Notes under the pieces: model-generated | What the model saw: the letters and a program-made list of their open reading frames with translations, nothing else | What the model was told of the DNA's origin: nothing | Databases searched by the model: none | Assembly: GCA_002401685.1 (NCBI GenBank) | Contig: NVTU01000005.1 | Span: 34-64,033, forward strand | Direction: 5' to 3' | From: Kordiimonadales bacterium | GTDB lineage: Bacteria; Pseudomonadota; Alphaproteobacteria; Sphingomonadales; Kordiimonadaceae | Length of the DNA stretch: 64,000 nt | Position numbers and translations under genes: made by a program | Part shown: positions 10,150 to 20,199 of the stretch, one piece after another | How the letters are laid out: each line of letters begins with the position of its first letter | Position numbering within the stretch: the stretch's first letter is position 1

Positions 10150-10426
10150 ACGAATACAGATTTATTTGATAAACGAATATAGAAAAGACTGCGACTCTTA
10201 AGAATCTCGAGGATAGCTAGTTTGACACTCATTTATGGAAATGACTTGAAATTGTTAGAAATTGGTCAAATTACTATAATAACATGGATCAGAAAAACTA
10301 ACGGTGCTGGACTGTATAGCCTCTGGTAAACAGATGTTTCATTCACTAGTATACGGTCTAGCAGTGTTATGTCCCGCACAGTAAGTATGGGGCGCGCCGT
10401 TTCACCCTTCAAGATGAGGTTGCTAC

Positions 10427-11422
10427 ATGACCGCAAATGCGGCCGAGAATTTGCCGAGTATCAACTTGCCGGAAAAAACAGTTTCCGTGCGGGATGTTTT
10501 TGGAATTGATGTTGATATGGAGGTGCCGGCTTTTGCTGAGCGCACCGAACATGTCCCAGAATTTGATGATGCATACGTGTTCGACCATGACACCACGCTG
10601 GCGATCCTGGCTGGGTTTTCTCATAACCGGCGGGTGATGATCCAGGGTTATCACGGCACAGGTAAATCTACTCATATTGAGCAAGTGGCCGCGCGGCTTA
10701 ACTGGCCAACTGTGCGTATTAACCTCGATAGCCATATCAGTCGGATTGATCTGGTTGGCAAAGATGCCATCGTATTACGTGACGGCAAGCAAATCACTGA
10801 GTTTCAAGAAGGTATGCTGCCGTGGGCGCTGCAAAGCCCCATTGCACTGGTGTTTGACGAATATGATGCCGGTCGTCCGGATGTGATGTTTGTGATCCAG
10901 CGTATTCTTGAAGTTGAAGGCAAGTTGACGCTGCTCGATCAGAACCGCGTTATTCGCCCGCACCCGGCGTTTCGTATTTTCTCAACCGCTAATACAGTGG
11001 GCCTAGGCGACACGACGGGGCTTTATCACGGCACGCAGCAGATCAACCAAGGTCAGATGGATCGCTGGAACATTGTTGCGACGCTCAATTATCTGCCGCA
11101 CGAAACCGAAATGCAGATTATGATTTCTAAAGAGCCCAGCTACGATACGGAAGAAGGCCGCAAAATCATCGACAGCATGGTCCGTGTGGCTGAACTTACG
11201 CGGACGGGCTTTATGGCAGGTGATATTTCGACTGTGATGAGTCCTCGTACAGTGCTCACTTGGGCGCAAAACCGAAATATATTCAATGATGTAGGTTTTG
11301 CCTTCCAGGTTAGTTTCCTCAATAAATGTGATGAAGCTGAGCGTGCGATCGTCGCTGAATATTATCAGCGCTCTTTCGGGGAAGACCTTAAACAAAGCGG
11401 TGCCAAGCTGCTTATTGGCTAG
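10427..11422 (+). CDS. cobS: Cobaltochelatase subunit CobS (AAA+)
   Basis: GYHGTGKST Walker A, FDEYDAGRPD, GLYHGTQQINQGQMDRW. Confidence 0.96.
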   Translation: MTANAAENLPSINLPEKTVSVRDVFGIDVDMEVPAFAERTEHVPEFDDAYVFDHDTTLAILAGFSHNRRVMIQGYHGTGKSTHIEQVAARLNWPTVRINLDSHISRIDLVGKDAIVLRDGKQITEFQEGMLPWALQSPIALVFDEYDAGRPDVMFVIQRILEVEGKLTLLDQNRVIRPHPAFRIFSTANTVGLGDTTGLYHGTQQINQGQMDRWNIVATLNYLPHETEMQIMISKEPSYDTEEGRKIIDSMVRVAELTRTGFMAGDISTVMSPRTVLTWAQNRNIFNDVGFAFQVSFLNKCDEAERAIVAEYYQRSFGEDLKQSGAKLLIG

Positions 11423-11447
11423 GTGCTGAACGGGAAGGTCCATTGCC

Positions 11448-13301
11448 GTGTCGGGTGGTAGCCAGAAAAATAGAGAACTTTTTGAGCAGGCCGTTGGTGC
11501 CGCCACACGGGCGGAATCGGGTGATCCCAAGCTTGAAGTGCGTTTCACCTCTGACCTTCCTGGGTTGGCCGATGGGGAAGCGCGTGTGGCCCATCTGCCG
11601 CACAAGATTAATGCTGCCGACATAGCTGAGATGCGCGGGCAGGCTGATGCGCTTGCAATGAAGCATCGGCACCACAACCCAAAGCTTCACCGAAAACTTG
11701 CTCCGTCCGGCGCCGTGTCAAAAGCGATATTTGATGCCGTTGAGCAGGCCCGGTTCGAAGCGATTGGCGCCCGCCAATTCCCTGGTGCAAAGGCCAACTT
11801 GGCAGCACTTGAAGAAAAACGCGTGCTTGAAGCAGGGCTACATAGGCCAAGTGATGACGAGCACGGCAGGCTTGCCGATGTGTTGCGGCTGCTCGTGCGG
11901 GAACGGCTTACAGGTGCAGTTGCACCTACTGAAGCTGCTCTCGGTGTTGAAAGCCAGCGCCAGTGGCTAGAAGAAGGTGTCGGTCATCTACTTGATACGT
12001 TAGAAAATAAAATCGACGATCAGCGCGGCCTTGCGGTGATCAGCCGGACGATTATCTCAACGCTGATTGGCGACGGGGATGGGGATCAGGTTGACCCTGA
12101 TGACCAGAATGATCAGCCGGAGGACGGTGAAGGTGATGCATCACAGGAATCGGAAGGTGAAGAAGGCGGCGAAAGCGACGAAAACTCCACAGAAACTGGC
12201 GACGGCGAAGAAGGCGAAGGCGATGACGACGACGCCTCTACGGAAGCATCTTCTGAGGAAGTTGATGATGCTGAGGGTGAAAGCGGTGAAGGCAAACATG
12301 AGGGTGCTGTACCTTGGCGACCAAATCGGCCGCTTGATGAGTTAAAAAGTATTCCCGTCTATCAGGTTTTCGCCGAGGAGTTTGACGAGGTAATCAAGGC
12401 CGAAGAGCTTTGCGACACAGAAGAATTAGACCGCCTTCGGAAATACCTTGACCAACAGATGGCGCATCTTACAGGAGCGGTTTCCAAGCTTGCCAATCGC
12501 TTGCAGCGGCGCTTGCTTGCGCAGCAGCGCAGGCACTGGAACTTTGACCTTGAAGAAGGCATTCTGGATGCTGGGCGCTTGGCGCGCGTAGTAACCGAGC
12601 CTCTGAGGCCGCTTTCTTTCAAGCTCGAATCAGACACGGAATTTAAAGATACTGTCGTGACCTTGCTGCTGGATAACTCCGGGTCCATGCGCGGTAGGCC
12701 AATCTCAATTGCAGCAATCTCCGCTGACATTCTCGCTCGTACGCTGGAACGCTGCGGCGTGAAGGTTGAAATCCTCGGCTTTACGACCAAAGCGTGGAAA
12801 GGTGGTCAGTCCCGCGAGAAATGGCTTCAAGCCAAGCGGCCGCAAAAGCCGGGCAGGCTAAACGATCTACGCCATATCATCTATAAAACCGCGGACATGC
12901 CGTGGCGGCGCGCGCGCCGAAACCTTGGTTTGATGATGCGCGAAGGCCTGCTTAAGGAAAATATCGACGGTGAAGCACTGCTTTGGGCGCATAACCGGAT
13001 GATGGCCCGCGCAGAAGAACGCCGTATTTTGATGGTGATCTCGGACGGTGCGCCAGTGGATGATAGTACGCTGTCAGTTAATTCGGGCACTTATCTGGAA
13101 AACCACCTGCGGCAAGTTATCAAATTGATTGAGAATAAATCGCCTGTAGAACTAATCGCAATCGGCATTGGCCATGATGTGACGCGCTATTATCAGCGGG
13201 CGGTCACTATTCTTGATGCGGAACAGCTCGGCGGTGCTATGACAGACCAATTGGCGGAATTGTTTTCTGATACATTGCCAAAACCGCGTAGACTGGGCTA
13301 A
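11448..13301 (+). CDS. cobT: Cobaltochelatase subunit CobT
   Basis: Acidic linker followed by vWA domain ([22 protein letters not shown]); directly follows cobS. Confidence 0.96.
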   Translation: MSGGSQKNRELFEQAVGAATRAESGDPKLEVRFTSDLPGLADGEARVAHLPHKINAADIAEMRGQADALAMKHRHHNPKLHRKLAPSGAVSKAIFDAVEQARFEAIGARQFPGAKANLAALEEKRVLEAGLHRPSDDEHGRLADVLRLLVRERLTGAVAPTEAALGVESQRQWLEEGVGHLLDTLENKIDDQRGLAVISRTIISTLIGDGDGDQVDPDDQNDQPEDGEGDASQESEGEEGGESDENSTETGDGEEGEGDDDDASTEASSEEVDDAEGESGEGKHEGAVPWRPNRPLDELKSIPVYQVFAEEFDEVIKAEELCDTEELDRLRKYLDQQMAHLTGAVSKLANRLQRRLLAQQRRHWNFDLEEGILDAGRLARVVTEPLRPLSFKLESDTEFKDTVVTLLLDNSGSMRGRPISIAAISADILARTLERCGVKVEILGFTTKAWKGGQSREKWLQAKRPQKPGRLNDLRHIIYKTADMPWRRARRNLGLMMREGLLKENIDGEALLWAHNRMMARAEERRILMVISDGAPVDDSTLSVNSGTYLENHLRQVIKLIENKSPVELIAIGIGHDVTRYYQRAVTILDAEQLGGAMTDQLAELFSDTLPKPRRLG

Positions 13302-13344
13302 GCCCGCAGCTGTCTATGCGTTGACCAGATTTTTAGAGGCATCC

Positions 13345-14340
13345 ATGAAAAGTAAAATTGTTGTTTTGTTGATGATCGGCTTCACGGTCGCCGCTGGTGT
13401 TTCCAGTTATTACGGCAGGGGTCAGCTCGCAGTTGCGTTGGAGAACGGGCCGGTAACAACTGTGATCAACGCCAAGCGCGTGGCGCTGAACACCGACGAC
13501 CCCAACCAAATACAAGTCGGCGAGCTTACTTATGTGGGCGGTTGGTCTATGACATCGCCGAATGATGATTTTGGCGGCTGGTCAGGCTTGTTGGTGGATG
13601 CTTTGGCACCGAATACGCTGCTTGCTATCAGCGACAAGGGATATTGGCTAGAGGCCAATATCGATCTGAACGCCAAGGTGCCATTGCTGGATGCTAAAAT
13701 TCGGCCGTTCGAAGACGGGGCGCGCGGCAAAGGTAAAGCAGATTACGATGCGGAAAGCCTCGCGCGCCACTCCGCAGGCTTTTATGTTGGGCTGGAGCAA
13801 AACCACCGCATCCTAGATGTGGGTTTCCCAGGTGCCCCGAGCGCCATGGCTGCAATCAATAATCACTTGGACCTAAGCGGTCTATCCTCTAATGGCGGTC
13901 TAGAAGCGCTAACGCGGTTGGACGGCGGCAAGTTTTTGATGTTTGCCGAACGCGGTCTGGATACCCAAGGCACTTTACCTGTATGGATTGCGTCTGCAGA
14001 TAAAGCCGAAACGTTGCGGTTTGCTCCGCCTAAAAATTTTGCACCAACGGATGCTGCAACATTACCGAACGGCGATGTGCTTCTGCTGATGCGCTACTAT
14101 TCAGCAATTGACGGCAGTGCGGCAAAAATATTGCGTATTGCTGCTGCTGATATCAAGGCTGGCGTTGTGCTGAAAGGCACTGAGATTGCACATTTTTCCC
14201 CGCCGTTGATTGTTGATAATATGGAAGCACTCGATGTTAAGGTGCTGGCTGACGGCACGCTGCGTCTGTTCATGATGTCGGACGATAACTTCAGCCCGTT
14301 TCAGCGGAACCTGTTTTTGGTGTTTGACTGGAAACCGTAG
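13345..14340 (+). CDS. Esterase-like activity of phytase family protein
   Basis: FGGWSGL, DAESL, NGGLEAL, DNMEAL and SDDNFSPFQRNL motifs; usual position after cobT. ATG at 13345 chosen as start. Confidence 0.85.
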   Translation: MKSKIVVLLMIGFTVAAGVSSYYGRGQLAVALENGPVTTVINAKRVALNTDDPNQIQVGELTYVGGWSMTSPNDDFGGWSGLLVDALAPNTLLAISDKGYWLEANIDLNAKVPLLDAKIRPFEDGARGKGKADYDAESLARHSAGFYVGLEQNHRILDVGFPGAPSAMAAINNHLDLSGLSSNGGLEALTRLDGGKFLMFAERGLDTQGTLPVWIASADKAETLRFAPPKNFAPTDAATLPNGDVLLLMRYYSAIDGSAAKILRIAAADIKAGVVLKGTEIAHFSPPLIVDNMEALDVKVLADGTLRLFMMSDDNFSPFQRNLFLVFDWKP

Positions 14341-14344
14341 TTTT

Positions 14345-14764
14345 CTAGCGTGCCGCTATTAGTTCAGCGGTTATTTTCTCGGCTAAAGCCCTACGGTCTG
14401 TTCGCAGTGCTTCTGCAAACTCGGTAGGCACTTCTGTTTGCGTGTCCCAAGTCTCTGACCAATCGATGATCTCGAGCATTGCTGGTACAAGCCCGAGCCC
14501 CTTGTCTGTTAGCGCATAAATTCGGCGGACGCCGTGGTCTGGATCGCGGAGCTTGGTGATAATGCCTTCGGCTTCCAGGCGCTCAAGCCGTGCGGCAAGG
14601 ATGTTGCTGGCAATGCCTTCGCCGGCATTGAGGAAATCGGCATAATGCCGCGCGCTTTTGAACATCAGGTCACGCAGTATCAGCAGGCACCAGTTATCAC
14701 CAAAAATCGATGCACCGTAACGGATCGGGCAGCCATGCCATTCTGTTGAGGTCTTTTTTGTCAT
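14345..14764 (-). CDS. HxlR family winged-helix transcriptional regulator
   Basis: CPI..GASIFGDNWCLLILRDL, GIASNILAARL..LE, YALTDKG. Confidence 0.9.
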   Translation of the reverse strand: MTKKTSTEWHGCPIRYGASIFGDNWCLLILRDLMFKSARHYADFLNAGEGIASNILAARLERLEAEGIITKLRDPDHGVRRIYALTDKGLGLVPAMLEIIDWSETWDTQTEVPTEFAEALRTDRRALAEKITAELIAAR

Positions 14765-14789
14765 GCCGCATGATAGAACAATTTATGAG

Positions 14790-14845
14790 ACTTGCAAATA
14801 GCAAGTAATAGATTTAGGGTCATATTTAACTTGCAAATAACAAGT
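14790..14845. promoter_or_regulatory. Two palindromic operators ACTTGC-N5-GCAAGT, probably bound by the HxlR protein
   Basis: ACTTGCAAATAGCAAGT (14790-14806) and ACTTGCAAATAACAAGT (14829-14845) in the divergent intergenic region. Confidence 0.75.
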
Positions 14846-14878
14846 AAAATAGAAACAACAGAAATTTAGGAAGTAGCC

Positions 14879-15286
14879 GTGATCAAACATATTTTTTCTA
14901 TACTGGCTTTTATGGTCGTTTCGTTCAGCGTGCAAGGCACGTCACACTTTGTCATTAATGCCGATCATTTCGCGAGCGTCGGTTTTTTGCGGCCGGGTCC
15001 GATTATGCCCTTGGGGCTGGCAGCAATGATCCTTGAAGGCTTTATTATGAGTGTCGCTTTGTCGCGCTTTATGCCAGGCGGCTCTACTGTGCGGGACGGG
15101 CTAGCTGTATCCGCTGCTTTTGGCCTGTTTCTCGCGTCTTATATTGTGCTTGCGGAACCGGCGAAATACGCAGTGCCGTCCATCTCAAACTGGATGGTTA
15201 TCGAGGCGACTGCATCATGTATCCAGTTTTCAGTGTTTGGTTTATTGCTGGGGTTTATCCATCGCAAAAAGGCCGTAGTTGCCTAG
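14879..15286 (+). CDS. Four-helix membrane protein of unknown function
   Basis: GTG start after AGGAAG; four hydrophobic segments; divergent from the HxlR gene. Confidence 0.75.
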   Translation: MIKHIFSILAFMVVSFSVQGTSHFVINADHFASVGFLRPGPIMPLGLAAMILEGFIMSVALSRFMPGGSTVRDGLAVSAAFGLFLASYIVLAEPAKYAVPSISNWMVIEATASCIQFSVFGLLLGFIHRKKAVVA

Positions 15287-15294
15287 GCTGTAGA

Positions 15295-15365
15295 TCAAAA
15301 AAAAACGCCGCAACCCGAAGGTGCGGCGTTTAAGAAATTCTTGTGTGCTTCAAATGAAAGCTGGG
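15295..15365. repeat. Direct repeat copy 1 (71 bp) of the rpmB 3' UTR and terminator
   Basis: Matches 17694-17763 with 3 substitutions and one A-run indel; contains a UUCG-loop terminator on the minus strand. Confidence 0.95.
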
Positions 15366-15421
15366 CTGCCCAGTAAAAGACGCCGAGACCTGAATTAGGC
15401 ATATTTCCAGCCTTAAGGCAC

Positions 15422-16387
15422 CTAAAGAAGCCCGTCTGCGGGCAATTTGAGGGCTTGAGCAAGCCCGCTCCACTGGTTTTCCATGATCCGATAATCAATC
15501 GCGATCACTCTTTGGTCTTGCTGTAGTTTCTTGTGCACGCAGCCATAAATTCTTGGTGGCAATAAAGCCAAGGCCTTCGAGTTGGATAGAAAATAGTGAT
15601 GAATATCTTCATCATAGTTTTGGGTGATTTTCAGCTCAATGTCTGTACGGTCTAGAATTTTAGAGACATCACTGTGAATGTTATCCCCCATCGGTTGGTC
15701 ACGCTCAAAAACACAGACTTTTTCAGCCTTAGGGACACTATTCACCAGGGCTGCTGCATCGATCTCAATGGCGATGTTTATTACTGGTAGATCGAGGCTT
15801 TTGGCGATTTGTTGGGCTTCTGGGAAATGGAAACCAGTGGTAATGAGGTAGCGAAGGTTGCGGATTTTTTTTGGTGTATTTTCCCCTAGCTGATCAAGGC
15901 CAATGGCAGCTACAGGAAACTGAAAGCGGCTTTCGCATTCTTTGGCGTGATGGTGTGCCTGGTACTGAGAGCATTCAACAAAAGCAATTTCAGGCTCCTG
16001 CTGAATACGGATGTCCGACATAGCCGCCAGATTTTTAAAAACCATTGAGGGTAGTAAGGAGCTCTCTTGCTGCACCAGCGTCAGGACCCTGCTGTATATA
16101 GCCTCAAGTTCATCCCGGTGTTGGCTGAGGTTATTCAGGCTCTGCCCGCTTATCACATAATAGCCGCTGCGCCCGCGCGCCTCAATTAAACCAGCTGCTT
16201 CTAATTTACGATAAGCGGCCAATACTGTTAACCGGCTAATCGACCATTCTCGCTCGGCTTCTCGGACTGAAGGCAGTTTTTCAGAGGCCTGCCACCTGCC
16301 CGTCGCCAGCGAGTAAATTAGGTGTTCAAACAGGGCTTCAACTTTGCCGCTGACCACCGCCGGCCTTACTGGTTGCAGGCTATTCAT
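15422..16387 (-). CDS. GntR family transcriptional regulator
   Basis: KLPSVREAEREWSISRLTVLAAYRKLEAAGLIEARGRSGYYV HTH; large C-terminal effector region (IAFVECS, ITTGFH). ATG at 16387 chosen as start. Confidence 0.88.
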   Translation of the reverse strand: MNSLQPVRPAVVSGKVEALFEHLIYSLATGRWQASEKLPSVREAEREWSISRLTVLAAYRKLEAAGLIEARGRSGYYVISGQSLNNLSQHRDELEAIYSRVLTLVQQESSLLPSMVFKNLAAMSDIRIQQEPEIAFVECSQYQAHHHAKECESRFQFPVAAIGLDQLGENTPKKIRNLRYLITTGFHFPEAQQIAKSLDLPVINIAIEIDAAALVNSVPKAEKVCVFERDQPMGDNIHSDVSKILDRTDIELKITQNYDEDIHHYFLSNSKALALLPPRIYGCVHKKLQQDQRVIAIDYRIMENQWSGLAQALKLPADGLL

Positions 16388-16455
16388 AAGGGTTGATGTC
16401 TCGCTCACTGAGATACGGCTAAACCAACGTTTGCCACCGTATGCATAAAAATGTT

Positions 16456-16514
16456 TGTTATGTTTTACATAACAGAGTATAGGTTGAGTATATACTGTTA
16501 TGCAAAACATAACA
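16456..16514. promoter_or_regulatory. Two palindromic operators TGTTATG-N5-CATAACA, probably bound by the GntR protein
   Basis: TGTTATGTTTTACATAACA (16456-16474) and TGTTATGCAAAACATAACA (16496-16514), starts 40 bp apart, in the divergent promoter region. Confidence 0.8.
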
Positions 16515-16547
16515 ACACTGAAGTCTAATATCTATGGAGGATATCTT

Positions 16548-17651
16548 ATGAAAATATCGGTTCTGATCAAAATGGTGATCGTAGTTATTTTTGCGCCCTT
16601 GAGCGTGCAGGCAAACGCCGAGCAAACCGATGCCCAAAGAATCTATATTCGACAGGCAATGTTGGGAGACTTAGAAAATATCAGCGAGAAGGTTTCGGGC
16701 CTGGTAGGCGCAGAAGGCGTTTTGCAAAAATTCGATGCTAAATTCGTTCAAAATCAACACGGCATTGCCGTGGGCCAAATTGAAGACTCAGTCACCCGAG
16801 CGGTAATGACAGTGTTTCTGGATTATTGGCGGAGCGCTATGCTTGCGCCCGATAAGATATCGGCGTTGGAGGATGTGCTCGAACAGAAGTTGGTGAACAT
16901 TGTAAGAACCAATATTGTCACCGGCCAGAATTTTGATCCGAAGAACCTTCTGAACGTAATAGCCACTTATATTGAAGGCCAGGGATATGGCGTATTGTTT
17001 GGACGGACGGCGCCGTTGCTTGAGCTGATGTTATGGCAGAAAAATGACCCTCATCAATATAGAGTGGTGTTAACCGATAGCACCGAGGCGGTAGACGTCG
17101 TCCATATAGGAGGCTTTGTCAGCAGGGGCTGGGCCTATTATGCGACACACGGAGTTTCATCCACAGGCGGTTGGGCGACACCAAAGCAGCTATTTTGTGT
17201 CTGCGATAGTTATGACCAACAATCGGAAGACTTTAAGGTTTCCTATCTGAAACATGAAGGGCGTCATTTTGCCGATTATAAAAAATACCCAAAACTGCAA
17301 TCGGCATCCCTCGAATATCGCGCAAAATTGACTGAGTTAGCCTTCAGTCAGGAGACGCTCTATGGGCTGTTGACACGTTTCACTAATCACGGGGTAGCAA
17401 ACGCGCAAGGCGGGCACCACTTGGCTAACTGGCACGTTGCGAATGATATGAAAGCCGCACTAATGTTGAACAATGAGGGCGACCGTAACCCAGCTTGGAA
17501 AGATAGAAGTATCTTGGAAATCCAAAATGCTGCCCGACATTTGTTAAAGCAAAGTGACAAGAAGATATCAGATCTAGGCAGCAAAGTGGCGGAACATATT
17601 ATTCATCCGGTGAGTACAGAAGCGCAACAGAGCGCGTCGGCCAGTCACTAA
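16548..17651 (+). CDS. Secreted hypothetical protein, possible zinc metallopeptidase (HExxH)
   Basis: GGAGG RBS; signal peptide ending ANA|EQ; SYLKHEGRHFAD followed by LEYRAKLTEL (candidate third ligand Glu). Confidence 0.7.
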   Translation: MKISVLIKMVIVVIFAPLSVQANAEQTDAQRIYIRQAMLGDLENISEKVSGLVGAEGVLQKFDAKFVQNQHGIAVGQIEDSVTRAVMTVFLDYWRSAMLAPDKISALEDVLEQKLVNIVRTNIVTGQNFDPKNLLNVIATYIEGQGYGVLFGRTAPLLELMLWQKNDPHQYRVVLTDSTEAVDVVHIGGFVSRGWAYYATHGVSSTGGWATPKQLFCVCDSYDQQSEDFKVSYLKHEGRHFADYKKYPKLQSASLEYRAKLTELAFSQETLYGLLTRFTNHGVANAQGGHHLANWHVANDMKAALMLNNEGDRNPAWKDRSILEIQNAARHLLKQSDKKISDLGSKVAEHIIHPVSTEAQQSASASH

Positions 17652-17693
17652 GTATGTATGAAACGCCGCTTGCGGCTTGGCGGTATAATTAAG

Positions 17694-17763
17694 TCAAAAA
17701 AAACGCCGCAACCCGAAGGTGCGACGTTTAAGGAATTCTTGTGTGCTTTAAATGAAAGCTGGG
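17694..17763. repeat. Direct repeat copy 2 (70 bp), the native rpmB terminator
   Basis: Minus-strand stem ACGUCGCACC-UUCG-GGUUGCGGCGU followed by a U-run, directly after the rpmB stop. Confidence 0.95.
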
Positions 17764-17766
17764 TGC

Positions 17767-18063
17767 TTATGCAGCAGCTGCAGCAGCCATTTTCTTTTTG
17801 ATCTCTTTTTTCAACTTCAGAGCAGTAGAAGACAGAACTTCATCGCGTGCTTTCAGAAGGAAATTGTCGAGGCCGTTATTGTGCTCGACAGAACGCAGCG
17901 CTTGTGTCGAAATACGAAACGAAACGGAGCGGCCACAAACATCAGAAATCAGAGTAGCTTTGGTTAGGTTTGGCAGAAAGCGGCGACGCGTCTTGTTGTT
18001 TGCGTGCGACACATTGTTGCCAGACATTACTTTTTTACCAGTTAGTTCACATACGCGAGACAT
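17767..18063 (-). CDS. rpmB: 50S ribosomal protein L28
   Basis: [31 protein letters not shown]. Confidence 0.99.
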   Translation of the reverse strand: MSRVCELTGKKVMSGNNVSHANNKTRRRFLPNLTKATLISDVCGRSVSFRISTQALRSVEHNNGLDNFLLKARDEVLSSTALKLKKEIKKKMAAAAAA

Positions 18064-18269
18064 GATCGTTATCCTTTTTTTTCTACAAAGGAACCTAAAT
18101 TCAGATGAATATCGGAGCCTAAGGAATCTTTATGATCTTTAAAAATACCGATGTTTTTACACCAGTAAATGCGGACATATGCGATTCGCTAGGGCTGGTC
18201 AAGCAAAAGGCTGAAATAGGCCTGCGTTGAGCCAGTTTCAGCCTTGGTTTCGCTGGTTATCGCTTTTTC

Positions 18270-20012
18270 TTAAAGGGCTGGTCTTCTATTGGTATAGAAA
18301 CCGGTGCCCTCTTCCAGTTTGCGGCCAAGAGCCAGTATCTGGTCCTCACGGAACATGTTGCCCCACAAAGTGAAGGTATGCGGTAGCAATTTGAGCGCTG
18401 GCGATTCTGTTGGCGCAGGTTGGCCGGTCAGCGGAACGCTAGCGCGTTTTTCCATGCCCACAGGTACCGTAAGGCTCGGCGTGCCGGTATAATTTGTAAT
18501 CAGCAACATACCGCCTGTGAAATTGGGCGAAATGATAACGTCTACTTGATCATAAATGTCCGCCATTGCCGCCATTACCTTGCGGCGGAAGCGGTCAACC
18601 TGAAGGGCCTCAACAGCAGAAAGGAAATGCGCGCCCCGGAATGTGTTCGGCCACGCCCGGTCTTCCTGCCAGCGCATAAGGTCGTCGCGGTTGGAAAGTG
18701 TTAGTTCTTCAAATGCTGCCGCAGCTTCTACTTCAAGCGTGGTGATCAGTGCACCGTAGGGCATGTCAGGCAATTTGATCTTGCTTACACTGAGCCCAAG
18801 TTTGCGTACCCGTTCCAGCACGGCTTTATCAGTCACCGTCGCGTTTTCGAACCATGCCGGATCATACCCGATTTTGAGGCCTTTTAGTGCTTCGTCGCTG
18901 TCATAATGGAAACCATGATCAAGCGAGCTGGGGTCACCGTTATCTTGTCCGTTAATGGCAGCAAGTACGAGAGCGGTATCGTCCACCTGCCTGCAGATGG
19001 CCCCTATTTTATCCAGGGACCAACACAGCGCCATCGCGCCTGAGCGTGCTACCCGGCCAAAAGTAGGTCGTAGCCCGACCGCACCGCACCGGGTGCTGGG
19101 CGATACGATGGAACCTAGGGTTTCCGTGCCGATGGAGAAACCGCATAGGCCGGATGTAGTGGCGGAAGCTGAACCAGCGCTTGATCCAGATGAGCCTTCG
19201 TCCATGTTCCAGGGGTTTTTCGTTAGGCCGCCAAACCATAAATCATTATAGGCGAGCGCGCCGAGGCTGGTTTTGCCCAGAAGGACTGCGCCAGCTTCTT
19301 GTAGTTTTTTGACAATGGCGGCATCCTCCGTGGGCACGCGGTCCTTATAAGGCGTGGCACCCCATGTGGTTTTGGTGCCCGCAGTATCAGCGAGATCTTT
19401 AAGGCCGTAGGGAATACCGTGCAGCGGCCCCCGGTCTTTACCGTTGCGCATTTCGGTATCTGCCCTGCTGGCTTCGGCCCGTGCGGTTTCGGCCATCACG
19501 GTGATGTAGCATTCTAGTTTAGGGCCGTGTTTTTCAATACGTTTCAGGTAAATTTCGGTAAGGCGTGTTGAGGTTAGTTTGCCTTCGCGGATCCATGCGC
19601 CCTGATCGGCGATGGAGGCAAAGGCAATATCGACTTCGCGCGCTGGCATAATTCTGATTTTGCCGCGCAATACCACATGATTGTCTTGCGGCGAATAAGT
19701 GCGGCCCGGCAGGCGCGGATCAAAAGTTTGCGCAGGCGCATCTTCGTTGGCAAGCGGTGCGTTTGTACGGCGGCTACGGACACGGTCAACCATGCCTTCT
19801 AAGCCGTCATAAATGCTGGCACGCTCCGCGTCTGTATAGTTTAGTCCTGCGATCTTCTCAGCAATGCCCAAATCATTGGCTGAACTCAGCACTTTATTGG
19901 CGTCGCTGTCCTGCGCCATGACCGCCCCCGTGGCCACCACGCCGCCAAGGGCCGCGCTAGCGGTCAGGAATTTTCGTCTGCCAATTGTTTTGATATCAGA
20001 TGCGTCAGCCAT
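18270..20012 (-). CDS. Amidase-signature family protein with Tat signal
   Basis: GRRKFL Tat motif; GPLHGIPYGLKDL, GSSGSSAGS, GTETLGSIVSP. Confidence 0.92.
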   Translation of the reverse strand: MADASDIKTIGRRKFLTASAALGGVVATGAVMAQDSDANKVLSSANDLGIAEKIAGLNYTDAERASIYDGLEGMVDRVRSRRTNAPLANEDAPAQTFDPRLPGRTYSPQDNHVVLRGKIRIMPAREVDIAFASIADQGAWIREGKLTSTRLTEIYLKRIEKHGPKLECYITVMAETARAEASRADTEMRNGKDRGPLHGIPYGLKDLADTAGTKTTWGATPYKDRVPTEDAAIVKKLQEAGAVLLGKTSLGALAYNDLWFGGLTKNPWNMDEGSSGSSAGSASATTSGLCGFSIGTETLGSIVSPSTRCGAVGLRPTFGRVARSGAMALCWSLDKIGAICRQVDDTALVLAAINGQDNGDPSSLDHGFHYDSDEALKGLKIGYDPAWFENATVTDKAVLERVRKLGLSVSKIKLPDMPYGALITTLEVEAAAAFEELTLSNRDDLMRWQEDRAWPNTFRGAHFLSAVEALQVDRFRRKVMAAMADIYDQVDVIISPNFTGGMLLITNYTGTPSLTVPVGMEKRASVPLTGQPAPTESPALKLLPHTFTLWGNMFREDQILALGRKLEEGTGFYTNRRPAL

Positions 20013-20199
20013 GCTTATTTTCCCCAGAATGTTCCAGCATCCATATAGGAAGAAATCTTACGAGGGATCAAGGCTAGTGAAAAAATTAGTATTTTTTGAA
20101 TAGGAGTGTAAATGGTATTCGGCGGCAATATACGGATTGTCACAGCAGACGCGGTTCACTAATACTCACGTCAGTTTCTGTATTCTCTTAGGCGTTTCT

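Noticed and set aside
12067-12310. Acidic GAx-rich low-complexity stretch
   Set aside because: Normal CobT acidic linker, not a repeat array.
15295-15498. 67-aa minus-strand ORF
   Set aside because: Overlaps the GntR 3' end and runs through the duplicated terminator.
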